Program-made: the position numbers and the translations under genes
The notes under the pieces: generated by a model
What the model saw: only the letters and a program-made list of their open reading frames with translations
Databases searched by the model: none
Told to the model about the DNA's origin: nothing
Shown: positions 1 to 12,068 of the stretch, in pieces
How the letters are laid out: each line of letters starts with the position of its first letter
How positions within the stretch are numbered: the first letter of the stretch is position 1
NCBI GenBank assembly: GCA_963706025.1
Contig: CAVPLM010000011.1
Coordinates: 1 to 64,000, forward strand
DNA length: 64,000 bases
Reading direction: 5' to 3'
DNA from: an uncultured Actinomycetes bacterium
Lineage (GTDB): Bacteria; Actinomycetota; Thermoleophilia; RBG-16-64-13

Positions 1-1601
1 CTTTGTGCTCGGTCTGGAACACACTCAGCCCGCTTATCTCGGCGATCTTCTCCAAGCGGTAGCGAATGGTATGTCGGTGGGCATAGAGCTCCGCCGCGGT
101 CTTGGTGAGACTCTCGTTGTTCCTGAAGAAGACCACGAGGGTCTGGATGAGCTGGGTCCCGTTCGCCTCGTCGTAGCGATCGACCGGTCCGATGGTCTCC
201 TCGTAGAGAGGACCGCACCTCATTGGGGTCTCTCTCCCAGATATCGAGCAGAAGCCGGTACGTCCCCACGTCACGGAAGTGCAGGATGCTCCCTGGGCCC
301 TGGAGCTTGCGACCCACTTTGAGGGCCAACAAGAGCCTCCTGGTAGCCCCTATCCATCTGCGCGGCGTCGGAGATGAACCCGCCACCCGCCGAAACGCTG
401 AGCCCTCCCGTCGACTGTCCCAGGCCTTGCAGGACGGCTGCCAGGCGCCCCAGAGCGTCTGGATTCCGGGCGGTCTTACCGCACACGAAGATCACCACAT
501 GGCCGGATTTGAGACTGACGAGCGACGACGGTTCTGAGGACGACAGAAAGCGAGTGCTCAGAGAAGAAGCGCCCCACGGCCCTGTCGAATGCCTCCTGGT
601 CGAGGCCTTTGCGAGTGACCAGTCCGTCGAACTCATCGACTCCAAGCAGCACCACCGTCGCGCCCTGGCTCAGATCGCATCCGAGGAAGGCGCCCCGACG
701 CAGCAAGGAATCGCCGGCTCCTTCTCCCCGCTGATGACGTCGTCGACGAAGTCACCTTTCAGACGCACCTCGGTCTCGAAACGAACCCGGTCCTGAGCCA
801 TCTCTAGAGCGGCGATGGTGGCGGAGTGCTCGAGGACCAATGTCTCCATCGACGAGAGGTCCGGGGCGGCAGTAAGAGCGCACACATAGCCGAGCCGTTT
901 GTGGCTGACCACGATCGGAAGAGCGAACATGGTGGGCAGGTCCTCTTCCTGCAGGCGGAAGAGCTTCTCCCCCCGGCCCATGACGGCGAAGCGCTCACGC
1001 ACGTCCGGCCCCCCCAGCCGCGTCTCCAGGTCGGCGGACGCAACAGGAAGGCCCGCCGAGGCCGCCAGTACCTCCAGTGACACATCGAGGACCGCAACAG
1101 GGCTCTCCAAGAGGTGAGAGGCTTCATCGGCCAGTTCCTGCCATCCTCCCCCCCGGATGACTATCCCCAAGAGGCTGCGGTGGATGGACTGGGACTGCTC
1201 CAACTGCGAGGCCTGGCGGTTGATGATGACCTCGGTCACATCTTGCATCAGGCGGGTCCAGCGCAGTCCCTGCGGCACTTCGATAATGGGGAACTTGCGC
1301 TTCTCGGCCAGCTCGATCACGTCGGCGGGTATTCTCTCCACAAACCGGGTGGTCTTGACGAAAAGGGCCGCGGCACCGGCCATCATGACCCGCCGGCAGA
1401 ATTCGCGCTGCCGGTCCAAATCGCCTTTGACCGCGAACATGGTGGAGAGGACCATCTCTCCCCCGAAAGCCAGTCGGCGATGTCGGGGACTTCTCCCACG
1501 GTCACCGAGGTGACTCTGCGGTCGAGTCCGGTCTGACCGGCAAGGAGCCGCGCGTCTTTCAGCACGCTGAGCTGGAGTATCTGCGCGACCGTCACGGGCA
1601 T
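1..1601 (-). CDS. PucR/CdaR-family transcriptional regulator (frameshifted; 3' end runs off the window)
   Basis: N-terminal PucR domain MPVTVAQILQLSVLKDARLLAGQTGLDRRVTSVTVGEVPD, central GAF-like region (ORF 670..1455), C-terminal HTH TKTAAELYAHRHTIRYRLEKIAEISGL read on the minus strand at ~30-200. Confidence 0.88.
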
Positions 1602-1755
1602 GGTGAGACGCAAGATACCATCACTCGGGCTTATTGCCTGGCCAGCTTGGGGCATCGGCTACCCCAGGCCAGGTGGTGCGGCCAGCCGGCCTCTCGGCGT
1701 CCCGCGGTCCTGGTGGGCGCTGCTATCATGTCAATGCTGGGAACCCTGGATTCCC

Positions 1756-3080
1756 ATGGGCGTTGAACTGGGCCAACAACTCAGTCTCTGGACCCTCGCG
1801 CCGTTCGCCTGCATGTTGATGGCCATCGCGATCCTGCCTCTCGCGGCAGGAAGTGGTTCCATCGAACAGGAACAAGGCCATCGTGGCGGCAGTCCTGGGC
1901 GTTCCCACTATGGTCTACCTGCTCGTCCGTTTCGGTAGCCTGGGTCTGCACGTGACCGCGAGCACCGCGGAAGAGTACATCTCCTTCATCGTCCTGCTGC
2001 TTGCTCTCTTCACTATCTCCGGAGGCATCTACCTCACCGGGAACCTGGTGGCCACGCCGCGGACCAATCTCGCCTTCCTGCTGTGGGCGCGATTCTGGCC
2101 AGCTTCGTCGGCACCATGGGGGCCTCTATGCTCCTCATCCGCCCTCTGTTGCGAGCCAACTCCGAGCGCACCCACTCCCGGCACACGGCGGTCTTCTTCA
2201 TCTTCGTCGTATGCAACATCGGGGGGATGCTGACCCCTTTGGGCGATCCGCCTCTGTTCCTGGGTTTCTTGCGTGGCGTGCCCTTCGCCTGGACCCTGAG
2301 TCTATGGCCCCAATGGCTGCTGTACGGGGCCTCACTCTGCTCGCGTATCTGGCTATCGAGGTCCTCCAGTATCGCCGGGAACCGGCCGAAGCCCGCCGCT
2401 GGGACGAAGCGGATTACGTGCCTATGCGGATCAAGGGCAAGATCAACCTGCTCTTATTCGCGTTGGTCATGGTGACGGTGCTGTTCTCCGCACCGTTGGC
2501 CCAGGCCGGCGAGGCCATCCACTTCGGCTTGTTCGCGAGGTGATCTTGGTCGCCTGGCCATCCTCTCCCTCAAGCTGGGGCCCCGGGGACCCCGCGCGGC
2601 CAACCGTTTCCGCTGGGCACCGATAGTGGAAGTGGCCCTGCTCTTCGCTGGGATCTTCGCCACGATGATCCCAGCTCTGGCCCTTCTCCAGGCCCACGGG
2701 GAGCTATCGGGCTCGGTCAGCCGTGGCAGTACTTCTGGGCGGCCGGAGGGCTCTCGTCCTTCCTCGACAATGCTCCCACCTATCTGGTTTTCACGGCCGC
2801 GGCACAGGGCCAGGTGGGAGTCGCGACCGTGGGTGGTCTGACCGTGGCCCAGATCGCGCCGGGCATGCGGTTCGCCCCGGCCCAGCTCCTGGCTGCCATT
2901 TCTTCCGGGGCGGTCATGATGGGAGCCATCACCTATATCGGGAACGCCCCTAACCTGGCCGTGAAGGCCATAGCCGAGCACTCCGGCCTCAAGATGCCCT
3001 CGTTCTTCGGCTACATGGGCTATTCGGTGGCGGTGCTCGTGCCTATCTTCGTTGTGGTGACCGTGGTGTTCTTCCTTTAG
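1756..3080 (+). CDS. Ion transporter (IT) superfamily sodium:proton antiporter / citrate-transporter-like (frameshifted)
   Basis: Joined fragments carry NIGGMLTPLGDPPLFLGFLRGVPF, EVALLFAGIFATMIPAL and AITYIGNAPNLAVKAIAE. Confidence 0.85.
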
Positions 3081-3380
3081 GCGTTCGGCCCGCGGCGCCG
3101 GGCTGGGACGCCGGGCGCCGCGGAGACCGGTCTGGGCCTGCATCGGCGCGGCGGGCTGCCCGACCGGGCCCCCGGGAGGGATGACGTGGTAATCTATCGG
3201 GGCTGCGACCCAGGGATGAATCGGCGGTCAAACCGGCGCCCAGGCTCTCGAAAGCGCGAATCAACGGTGTACGGTCCCCATGACGGCGCTCCCCTAGAGC
3301 GGGCTGGGGAGATGCGGTCGATGGGTTCTGCCCGGCGGCAGGGGACTGCGGACCGCCTGATGCGGAGGCTGCACGCAGAC

Positions 3381-6300
3381 ATGGCGACGCTTGGCATCGA
3401 TATCGGCTGCATCAGCGTGAAGATCGCCGTTGTGGGTGGACCTGAAGACCGTGAGTCCTTTCGGGCGCTGGCTTCGGGGTCCGCCCTCTTTCATGACCCG
3501 TCACAGACCGGCACGGAGGCTGACCCTCCCCCATCCCGACGCTCCGCCCATCCTGGCCACCGCCTACCGGCGCATCAAGGGCAGCCCGGCCGATGCGGCC
3601 CAGGAGTTCCTCAGCCAGGTGCTGGCCGCGCTGCCCGAGGGCATGATCACCGCGGTCCGGGTGACCGGCACCGGCGGGCGCCTGGTCGGGAACCTGCTCG
3701 ACATCCCCTACGAGAACGAGTTCAAGGCCATCGCCCGCGCCATCGGCGCGCTGCATCCCGACGTGACCACCGTCTTCGAGATGGGCGGCGAGACCTCCAA
3801 GTTCATCCACCTCGAGACCGACGAGACCTCGGGCCGGGTGGGCATCGCCGACTACGGCACCAACGGCGACTGCGCGGCCGGCACCGGCTCGTTCATGGAC
3901 CAGCAGGCCAACCGCCTGCTCTACGACATCGAGGATGTGGGCGACATCGTGCGCGGAGCCGGCAAGGCCGCCTCCATCGCCGGCCGCTGCTCGGTGTTCG
4001 CCAAGTCGGACATGATCCACGCCCAGCAGAAGGGCTACCAGCCGCCCGAAGTGCTCAAGGGCCTCTGCAACGCGGTGGTGCGCAACTACCGCGGCACCAT
4101 CACCAAGGGCAAGGAGATCGGCGACCGGGTGGCCTTCATCGGCGGCGTGGCGGCCAACAAGGGCGCCGTCGCCGCCCTGCGCGAGGCCTTCGAGATGGAC
4201 GAAGACCAGCTGATCGTCCCCGCCTACTACGCCTGGATGGGCGCCATCGGCAGCGCGCTGACCGCGGCCGACGAGCAGCGCCGGCGTCGAGATGGTCACC
4301 ATCGATCCCGACCGGCTGGACGGCGGCCGATCCGCCGACTTCGAGACCAGCGACGCCCTCTCCATGGAGCGGGTCATCCTGCTGCGCGACCGGGTCAAGC
4401 CCTACGAGTTCCCGCCCGAAGCGGCACGATCGGCGCCTACCTGGGCGTCGACATCGGCTCGGTCTCCACCAACCTGGTGGTGCTCGACGAGGACGGCGAG
4501 GTGGTCAAAGAGATCTACGTCAAGACCGACGGCCGCCCGGTCGAGGTGGTCAACAAGGGCCTGGCCGAGATCTGGAACGAGATGGGCCCCCGCCTGAACA
4601 TCCTGGGCGTCGCCACCACCGGCTCGGGCCGGGAGCTCATCGGCGAGCTCATCGGGGCCGACACCGTCAACGACGAGATCACCGCCCACAAGACCGGCGC
4701 CACCTTCATCGGCCGCAAGCTCATCGACCGCGTGCCCGACACCATCTTCGAGATCGGCGGGCAGGACTCCAAGTTCATCAGCCTGCAGGACGGCGTCGTG
4801 GTCGACTTCGCCATGAACGAGGCCTGCGCGGCGGGCACCGGCTCGTTCCTGGAGGAGCAGGCCGAGAAGCTGGGCATCAACATCATCGGCGAGTTCGCCG
4901 AGCTGGCCCTGTCTTCGGAGGCGCCGGTGCGCCTGGGCGAGCGCTGCACCGTCTTCATGGAGCGCGACGTCAACTCGTACCTCCAGCGCGGCGCGGACAA
5001 GAAGGATCTCGTGGCCGGCCTGGCCTACTCCATCGCCTACAACTACCTCAACCGCTTGGTCGGCCGGCGCCACATCGGCGACACCATCTACTTCCAGGGC
5101 GGCACCGCCTACAACGACTCGGTGGCCGCCGCCTTCAGCATGATCCTGGACAAGGACATCATCGTGCCGCCGTACAACGGGGTGGTGGGCGCCATCGGCG
5201 TGGCCCTGCTGGCCCGCGAGAAGATGGCGGCCACCCAGACGCCCTCCCGCTTCCGGGGTTGGGACCTGGAGAAGGTCGACTACACCATGCGCGAGTTCAC
5301 CTGCAAGGGCTGCACCAACGAGTGCGACATCCGCCAGTTCACCATCGGCGACGAGAAGACCTACTGGGGCGACAAGTGCTCCGACCGCTACCGCAAGCGG
5401 GCCAAGGTGGACAAGGAGCCCGTCATCCGCGACCTGGTCGAGTTCCGCAACGCCTCGTTCTACTCCTACGTGACCGAGGCCGAGGACACCTCCACCCTGC
5501 TGCGCAGCGGCACCGGCGCTCCGCGGGGCACCATGGGCATCCCCCGGGCCATGTACACCTACGACCGCCTGCCCTTCTGGGCCACCTTCTTCAAGGCGCT
5601 GCGGGTTCGACATCATGCTCTCCCGCCAGACCGACAAGAAGATCCGGGAGATGGGCATCGAGGGCGCGGTGGCCGAGCCCTGCTTCCCCATCCGGGTGGC
5701 CCACGGGCACGTGGCCGAGCTGCTCGAAGAGGGGCCGACCACATCTTCCTGCCCAACCTCCTGAACGAGGAGACCGACCATCCGGAGATCGAGTCCCACG
5801 CCTGCCCCTGGGGCCAGACCCTGCCCCACGTCATCCGGCTGGCGCCGCACTTCGAGGCCTACGCCGACCGGTTCTTCGCGCCCACCCTGCACTTCCGCCG
5901 CGGCCCCGAGTACGTGCGGCAGACGCTCCGCGTCGGCCATGAAGCCCTTGGGCGTGCCGGCGCGCGTGGTGGACGAGGCCCTGAAGGAGGCCTACGAGGC
6001 GCAGGCCGAGTTCCGCGGGCGCCTGATGGCGGCGGGCGCCGACGCCCTGGCCATGCTGGAGGAGCACGACGAGCTGGGGATCGTGCTGGTCGGCCGGCCC
6101 TACAACATCTACGACGCCGGGGTCAACATGGACATCCCGGCCAAGCTCCGCCGCTACTACGGGGTCAACATCATCCCGATCGACTTCCTGCCCCTGTGGG
6201 GTAGGAGACGCGCGACGTCACGCCCAACATGTTCTGGAACTACGGGCGCAAGATCCTGCAGGCGGCCAAGGTGGTGGCCGAGCACCCCAACCTGCACATC

Positions 6301-6503
6301 ATCTACATGACCAACTTCAAGTGCGGCCCCGACTCGTACATCAAGCACTACATCGGCGCGGCCTCGCCCGACCCCTTCCTGGTGCTGCAGTTCGACGAGC
6401 ACACCAACGACGCCGGCGCCATGACCCGCTGCGAGGCCTACCTGGACAGCAAGGGCTTCCTGCGCTGGTGGGCCCGCGAGGACAGGGCCAAAGCAACCGG
6501 TGA
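3381..6503 (+). CDS. Acyl-CoA dehydratase activase: two BcrAD/BadFG ASKHA ATPase domains plus a DUF2229-type region (frameshifted)
   Basis: GIDIGCISVK and GVDIGSVSTN motifs; CAAGTGSF twice; EMGGETSK/EIGGQDSK; C-terminal NFKCGPDS...DEHTNDAGAMTRCEAY; 3' end approximate. Confidence 0.88.
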
Positions 6504-6514
6504 GGGAGACCTAG

Positions 6515-7887
6515 ATGGACACCGAGACCGTCACCAAGAGCGGCAACGGCAAGGGCAGCCGCGACGGCGGCCGAGGCGGCCCTGGGCGCGCTGCCCAAGC
6601 CGGTGGCCGCCTACGGCGCCGAGACCAGCCCGGTGGTCAAGGCCGACGTCGACTTCAGGACCGGGTGCTGTGGCTCTGCCGCATGCCCTACGGAGGCTCG
6701 CGCATGCTGGCGCGGCCTTCCGCTCCATCGGCCTCGACACCCGGGTGACGCCCGATGAGGACTCCCGCACCCTGGAACTGGGCGGCAAGTACACCTCGGG
6801 CGACGAGTGCTATCCCCAGCGCATCGTGCTGGGCGACTACATGAAGCTGCTCGAGGACGAGAAGCTCGATCCCAAGAAGACCGCCTTCCTCCTCCCCACC
6901 GCCAACGGGCCCTGCCGCTTCGGCCAGTACGTCGCCGCTGCTGCGCCGCATCCTCGACGACCAGGGCTACGAAGACGTCCCCATCCTCTCGTTCACCTCG
7001 GCCGACGGCTACGCCGGCATCGGCGACCAGGCCCGCGAGCTCATCCGCACCGCCTGGCGCGCCGTGGTGGTGCAGGACATCCTGCTCAAGCTGCTGCTCA
7101 TGACCCGGCCCTACGAGGTCAACCCCGGCGAGACCGACAAGGTCTACCTGGAGTGCCTCGACCTCATGGCCGAGATCGTCGCCCGGCAGGGCATCAGCAA
7201 CAAGGAGCGCATGGCCGACCTCCAAGCCGGCCTCCGGCGGGTCAAGAAGGCGTTCCTGGCCATCCCGGTGAAGGACGAGGACCGGCCGCTCATCGGCGTG
7301 GTGGGCGAGATCTTCTGCCGGCTCAACACCTTCTCCAACAACGAGCTCATCCGCCACATCGAGGCCCAGGGCGGCGAGTGCTGGCTGGCCGGCGTCGGCG
7401 AGTGGGTCTGGTACACGAACGAGGAGGCCTTCCGCCGCCACCGCGAGGAGAAGCGGCGCGTCAGCAAGGAGTGGCTGCAAGACGTTCATCACCTCGCGCG
7501 ATCATGCACAGCGACGAGAAGGCGCTCATGGAGGACTTCCACGACGTCTTCGCCCATCACCCCGAGCCGCACGTGACCGAGGTGCTGGAGTACGCCCACC
7601 CCTATCTGCCCCAGGAGGGGGCGCTGGGCGAGATGGTGCTCTCCACCGGCGGGGCCATCTATCTCTACCACCAGGGAGCCGACGGCATCGTCGACATCAG
7701 CCCCTTCACCTGCATGAACGGCATCGTCACCGAGGCCATCTATCCCCGGGTGAGCAGGGACCACGACAACATCCCCATCCGGGTCTTCTACTTCGACGGC
7801 ACCCACAGCGACCTCGACCGCGACGTGGGCATCTTCCTCGAGCTGGCCAAGACCTACAAGCGGCGCAAGAAGATCCCCCGCGCATAA
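6515..7887 (+). CDS. CoA-activase partner protein (2-hydroxyacyl-CoA dehydratase-like; frameshifted)
   Basis: GKYTSGDECYP, GPCRFGQY, IGVVGEIFCRLN and GIVDISPFTCMNGIV motifs, typical of the subunit that follows DUF2229 activases. Confidence 0.8.
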
Positions 7888-7964
7888 CGGCTTGCGGGAC
7901 GAGGCCCATCCCACCATGCCCGCCAGGCTCCAAGAGGTCGTTCCAGAATGACGCCTAGCCGACG

Positions 7965-10624
7965 ATGTTCGCCCGCCTAGGCTCGTTCGCAGTCCGCTTC
8001 CGCTGGCTCATCATCGCCGCCTGGGTGGTGGCGGCGTGGTGCTGACCCTGGTGGCCCCCAACATCAACGACGTGGCCGTCAGCGACCAACGGGCCTTCCT
8101 CCCCTCCTCGGCGCCCAGCCTCGACGCCAACGAGACGGTCAAGAAGTACTTCCCCGACCGGGTCTCGCCTTCGAGCGCCGTGCTGGTGGTCGACGCCGGC
8201 GCCGGTGGCCGCGTCGACGAGGGGCCGGCCGGCGAGTTCGTGGCCGAGCTGACCAGCTGGCTCGAGCGGCGCCGAGGCGCCCGCCGCGGTCGACCAGGTG
8301 TGGTCTCCCGACCCTGGGCGACGAGCAGACCAGGGCCGGCCTGACCAGCGAGGACAAGCAGGTGGCGCTCGTCCTGGTGCGCTTCAACGCCATCGGCACG
8401 GAGCCGGTCACGAAGGAGGCCATGGCCGCGATCCAGGACGCGTCTGGACCAGGCGCCGCAGGTGTCGCAGGCCTACATGACCGGCGACGGGCCCATCCTC
8501 GGAGCCTACGACAGCAGCTCCAAGGGTAGCATCGACTCCACCACCTGGATCACCATCTTGCTGGTGGTGGTCATCCTGCTGGTGATCTACCGGTCGCCGG
8601 TGAGCCCCATCGATCCCTCTGATCACCATCGCGCTCGCCTACCTGATCTCCCGGGGCGTAGTGGCCCTCCTGGGAGCGCACACGCTCACCATCTCCATGT
8701 ACACGAACGTCTTCCTGATCGTGGTGCTGTTCGGAGCGGGTACGGACTACTGCCTCTTTCTCATCAGCCGCTTCCGCGAGGAGATGGCCGACGTCGGCGC
8801 CCCGGCCCCGGCGGTCAAGACCACGGTGCGCGCCGTGGGCGAGACCATCGCCTCCAGCGCCGGCACGGTGATCGTGGGCCTGGCCATGATGACGGCGGCC
8901 GAGCTGGGCCTCTACAACACCAGCGGGCCCAGCATCGCCATCGGGGTGGCCATCGCCCTCCTGGCCGGTCTGACCCTCACCCCCGCCATGCTGACCATCC
9001 TCGGCGACCACGCTTTCTGGCCGCGCAAGGCCCGGCACATGAAGGAGGCCGGTCTCTGGCACGCCTGGGCGGGCAAGGTGGTGAAGCGGCCGATCGTGGC
9101 CCTCCTGGTACCGGTGATCGTGCTGGTGCCGCTGGCCGTCTACGGGGCCGGGCTGGCCCGGGACTTCGACCTGCTGGGCGACCTCCCCAAAGACGACCCG
9201 GCGCGGGAGGGCTTCGACGTGCTGGCCGACCCACCTCGGCCCCGGCGCCATGCAGCCGCTCAACGTGGTGGCGGTCGACCCCGCCGGCTTCGACACCGCC
9301 CAGGGGTCTGGCGCGCATGAAGGAGCTGGAGGCCACGTTGGCCGGGCTGCCCCACGTGACCACCGTGCGCAGCTTCACGGGATCGCTGCCCGACCAGAAG
9401 ACCCTGAGCGTCGCCGACCAACTGGGGGTCCAGGCGAAGGCGTGCGGAGGGGATGGCGAACCTGGAGCGGGCCGGCAGCACGCGAGCTGGTGGAGGCTCA
9501 GACTCAGGCGCGAGCTCAGGTACAGACTCGGAGCTGGCCGCCTTGTTCCAGGAGGCGGCCGCCGGCCTGACCGACCTCTATGGGTATCTGCTCCAACTGG
9601 CCCAGAGCTACCCGGAGGTCCTGCAGGACCCCGGGTACCTGAAGGCGGTGGCAGCGCTCTCCGAACTGGCCGGGCTGGCCCAGGCAACTCCGGCGGGGGA
9701 ACGACGCCCTCCCTCACCGGAACGGCTGCTCGAGCAGGCGCTCACGCAACTCGGCGCTCCTCGCGGAAGGCCTGGAAGAACTCCAGGGAACCTTCTCCGC
9801 CCGTCCCGAGGCCATCCTCCTCCCCGAGCTCTACCTGGAGAGCAACGAGGGGCTCAAAGCCCTCCGCGACGCCTACATCTCCGCGGACGGCACCGCTACC
9901 CGCCTGCAGGTGGTCCTCGACGTCGGTCCCTACAGCCCGGAAGCCGTCACCACCGTGAGGCGATGCGCGCAGGCCCTGACCGAGAGCGGGTTCGAGGGCG
10001 TGGTCGACGGCAGTTCGGCCGTGCTCCTCGACCTGCGCGACGCCTCGAACCGGGACATGACCCGAGCCATCATCTACGTCTTGTCCGGGGTCTTCGTGGT
10101 CTTGCTCCTCTTGCTGCGGGCGCTGGTGGCCCCGATCTACCTCATCCTGACCATCCTCCTCTCCTACACTGCCACACTGGGCGTGGTGCGGCATTCTCTT
10201 CGTCGATATCCTGGGGGCCGCCGGCATCATGTGGTGGGTGCCCATGTTCATGTTCGTGATGCTGGTGGCCCTGGGCATGGACTACAACATCTTCCTGATC
10301 GGGCGGGTGAAGGAGGAGGTGGCCACGCACGGCACCCGGGCCGGCACCCGGCTGGCCCTCGCCCGGACCGGGGGCATCATCACCTCGGCCGGGCATCATC
10401 ATGGCCGGCACGTTCGCCAGCATGATGAGCGCCAGCATCCTGGGGCTGCTGCAGATCGGCTTCGCGGTGGCTTTCGGGGTGCTGCTCGACACCTTCGTGG
10501 TGCGCACCACCCTGGTGCCCGCCATCATCGTGCTGCTGGGCACGATGGAGCTGGTGGCCCCGCAGATGGGGCCCGGCGGAGACGCTCGGAGATTCTTGGA
10601 CCCGGAGGAGACGAGCTGGAGTGA
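7965..10624 (+). CDS. MMPL (RND) family transporter (frameshifted)
   Basis: [17 protein letters not shown] start; [20 protein letters not shown] and [16 protein letters not shown] in the two halves; [16 protein letters not shown]. Confidence 0.9.
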
Positions 10625-11541
10625 GCCTGGCATTGAACGACGTATGGCTTGCCCTCGCGCTTACCACTTTCGCCGGGCTGGCGACCGCCATCGGCAGTCT
10701 GATCGCCTTCACGGCCAAGAGGACGAACTACCGCTTCCTCTCTGTGGCCACGGGTTTCTCGGCAGGAGTGATGCTCTACGTGTCCTTCGTCGAGATCCTC
10801 TTCAAAGGATCCAACGCGCTGACAGAGAGCTACGGAGTCCGTTTGGGCAGTTGGATAGCCGTCGGCGCCTTCTTCGGTGGCATCTTCCTTATGGGTCTGA
10901 TAGACAAGCTGATCCCGGCAGCCGAGAACCCGCACGAGACCCATCCGGAATCCGAGATGGCCCCCCTGCGCGACCCTTCGGCCCCATTGCCGGATTTCGC
11001 GTCGGCAGAGGCTGCCGTGGGAGGAGGCCCCCATTCGGGGGGAGTGCACGACCACGGCCGGGTGGACAAGAAGCTCATGCGCATGGGGCTGTTTACCGCC
11101 CTCGCCATCGGTATCCACAACTTCCCCGAGGGTCTGGCCACGTTCCTGGCCGTTTTGCAGGATCCCACCCTGGGGCTGGCCATCGCCATCGCCGTCGCCC
11201 TGCACAACATCCCCGAGGGGATAAGCGTGTCCGTGCCCATCTTCTACGCCACCGGAAACCGCAGGAAGGCCTTCACCTACTCGGCGCTGAGCGGCCTGGC
11301 CGAACCGGTGGGTGCCGGTATCGCCTATTTGATCCTCCGCGCCTTCCTCGGCTCGGACGGTGGTTCCTTCCCTCCCCAGGTGATGGGGATCATCTTCGGG
11401 TTGGTGGCCGGCATCATGGTCTACATCAGCCTCGACGAGCTCCTGCCCACGAGCCGGGCGTACGGCAAGGGCCATGACAGCCTCTTTGGGCTGGTGGCGG
11501 GGATGGCCGTGATGGCGATCAGCCTGTTGCTGTTCAAGTAG
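10621..11541 (+). CDS. zupT: ZIP family zinc transporter ZupT
   Basis: Intact ORF; HNFPEG and LHNIPEG motifs; [15 protein letters not shown]. Confidence 0.95.
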   Translation: MSLALNDVWLALALTTFAGLATAIGSLIAFTAKRTNYRFLSVATGFSAGVMLYVSFVEILFKGSNALTESYGVRLGSWIAVGAFFGGIFLMGLIDKLIPAAENPHETHPESEMAPLRDPSAPLPDFASAEAAVGGGPHSGGVHDHGRVDKKLMRMGLFTALAIGIHNFPEGLATFLAVLQDPTLGLAIAIAVALHNIPEGISVSVPIFYATGNRRKAFTYSALSGLAEPVGAGIAYLILRAFLGSDGGSFPPQVMGIIFGLVAGIMVYISLDELLPTSRAYGKGHDSLFGLVAGMAVMAISLLLFK

Positions 11542-11598
11542 AGCGTCGCCGCGGTAACTCATACTCGGCGACTGAGCCGCGGAGTTGGGAGGTCCGAC

Positions 11599-12068
11599 TT
11601 GCATAGACATGAGGAAACCAGACGGCTTGTGGAAGACCTGCTCCGTTCGCAGCGTTTCGCCGTCCTTTCCACGGAGCGGAGACCGGACCCTACGCCAGTC
11701 TGATCGCATTCTGGGCTGCCGATGACCTGAGCCAGATCGTGTTCGCCACCATGCGGGCAACGCGCAAGTTCAACTACTTGGTGACGCATCCCCGAGTGGC
11801 CCTTCTCTTCGACAACCGCTCCAACCGCGACGTCGACGTACGCCAGGCCATGGCCGTCACCGCCACGGGAACGGCCCGGGAGCTGAGCGAAGAAGGCGCT
11901 CGTGCCGCGGCATCAGATGCCTACCTGGCAAAACATCCCCACCTGGCTACGTTCGTCGCTTCCCCCGGCTGTGCGTTCGTGACGGTCGCAGTCGACACCT
12001 ACTACGTGGTCACCCATTTCCAGAGCGTGGTAGAGCTGCACATGCCGCGCACCGAACATGCCGGCTGA
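11599..12068 (+). CDS. Pyridoxamine 5'-phosphate oxidase-like split-barrel protein (frameshift near 5' end)
   Basis: GGGAGG RBS then TTG; QRFAVLST...FATMRATRKFNYLVTHPRVALLFDNR. Confidence 0.8.
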
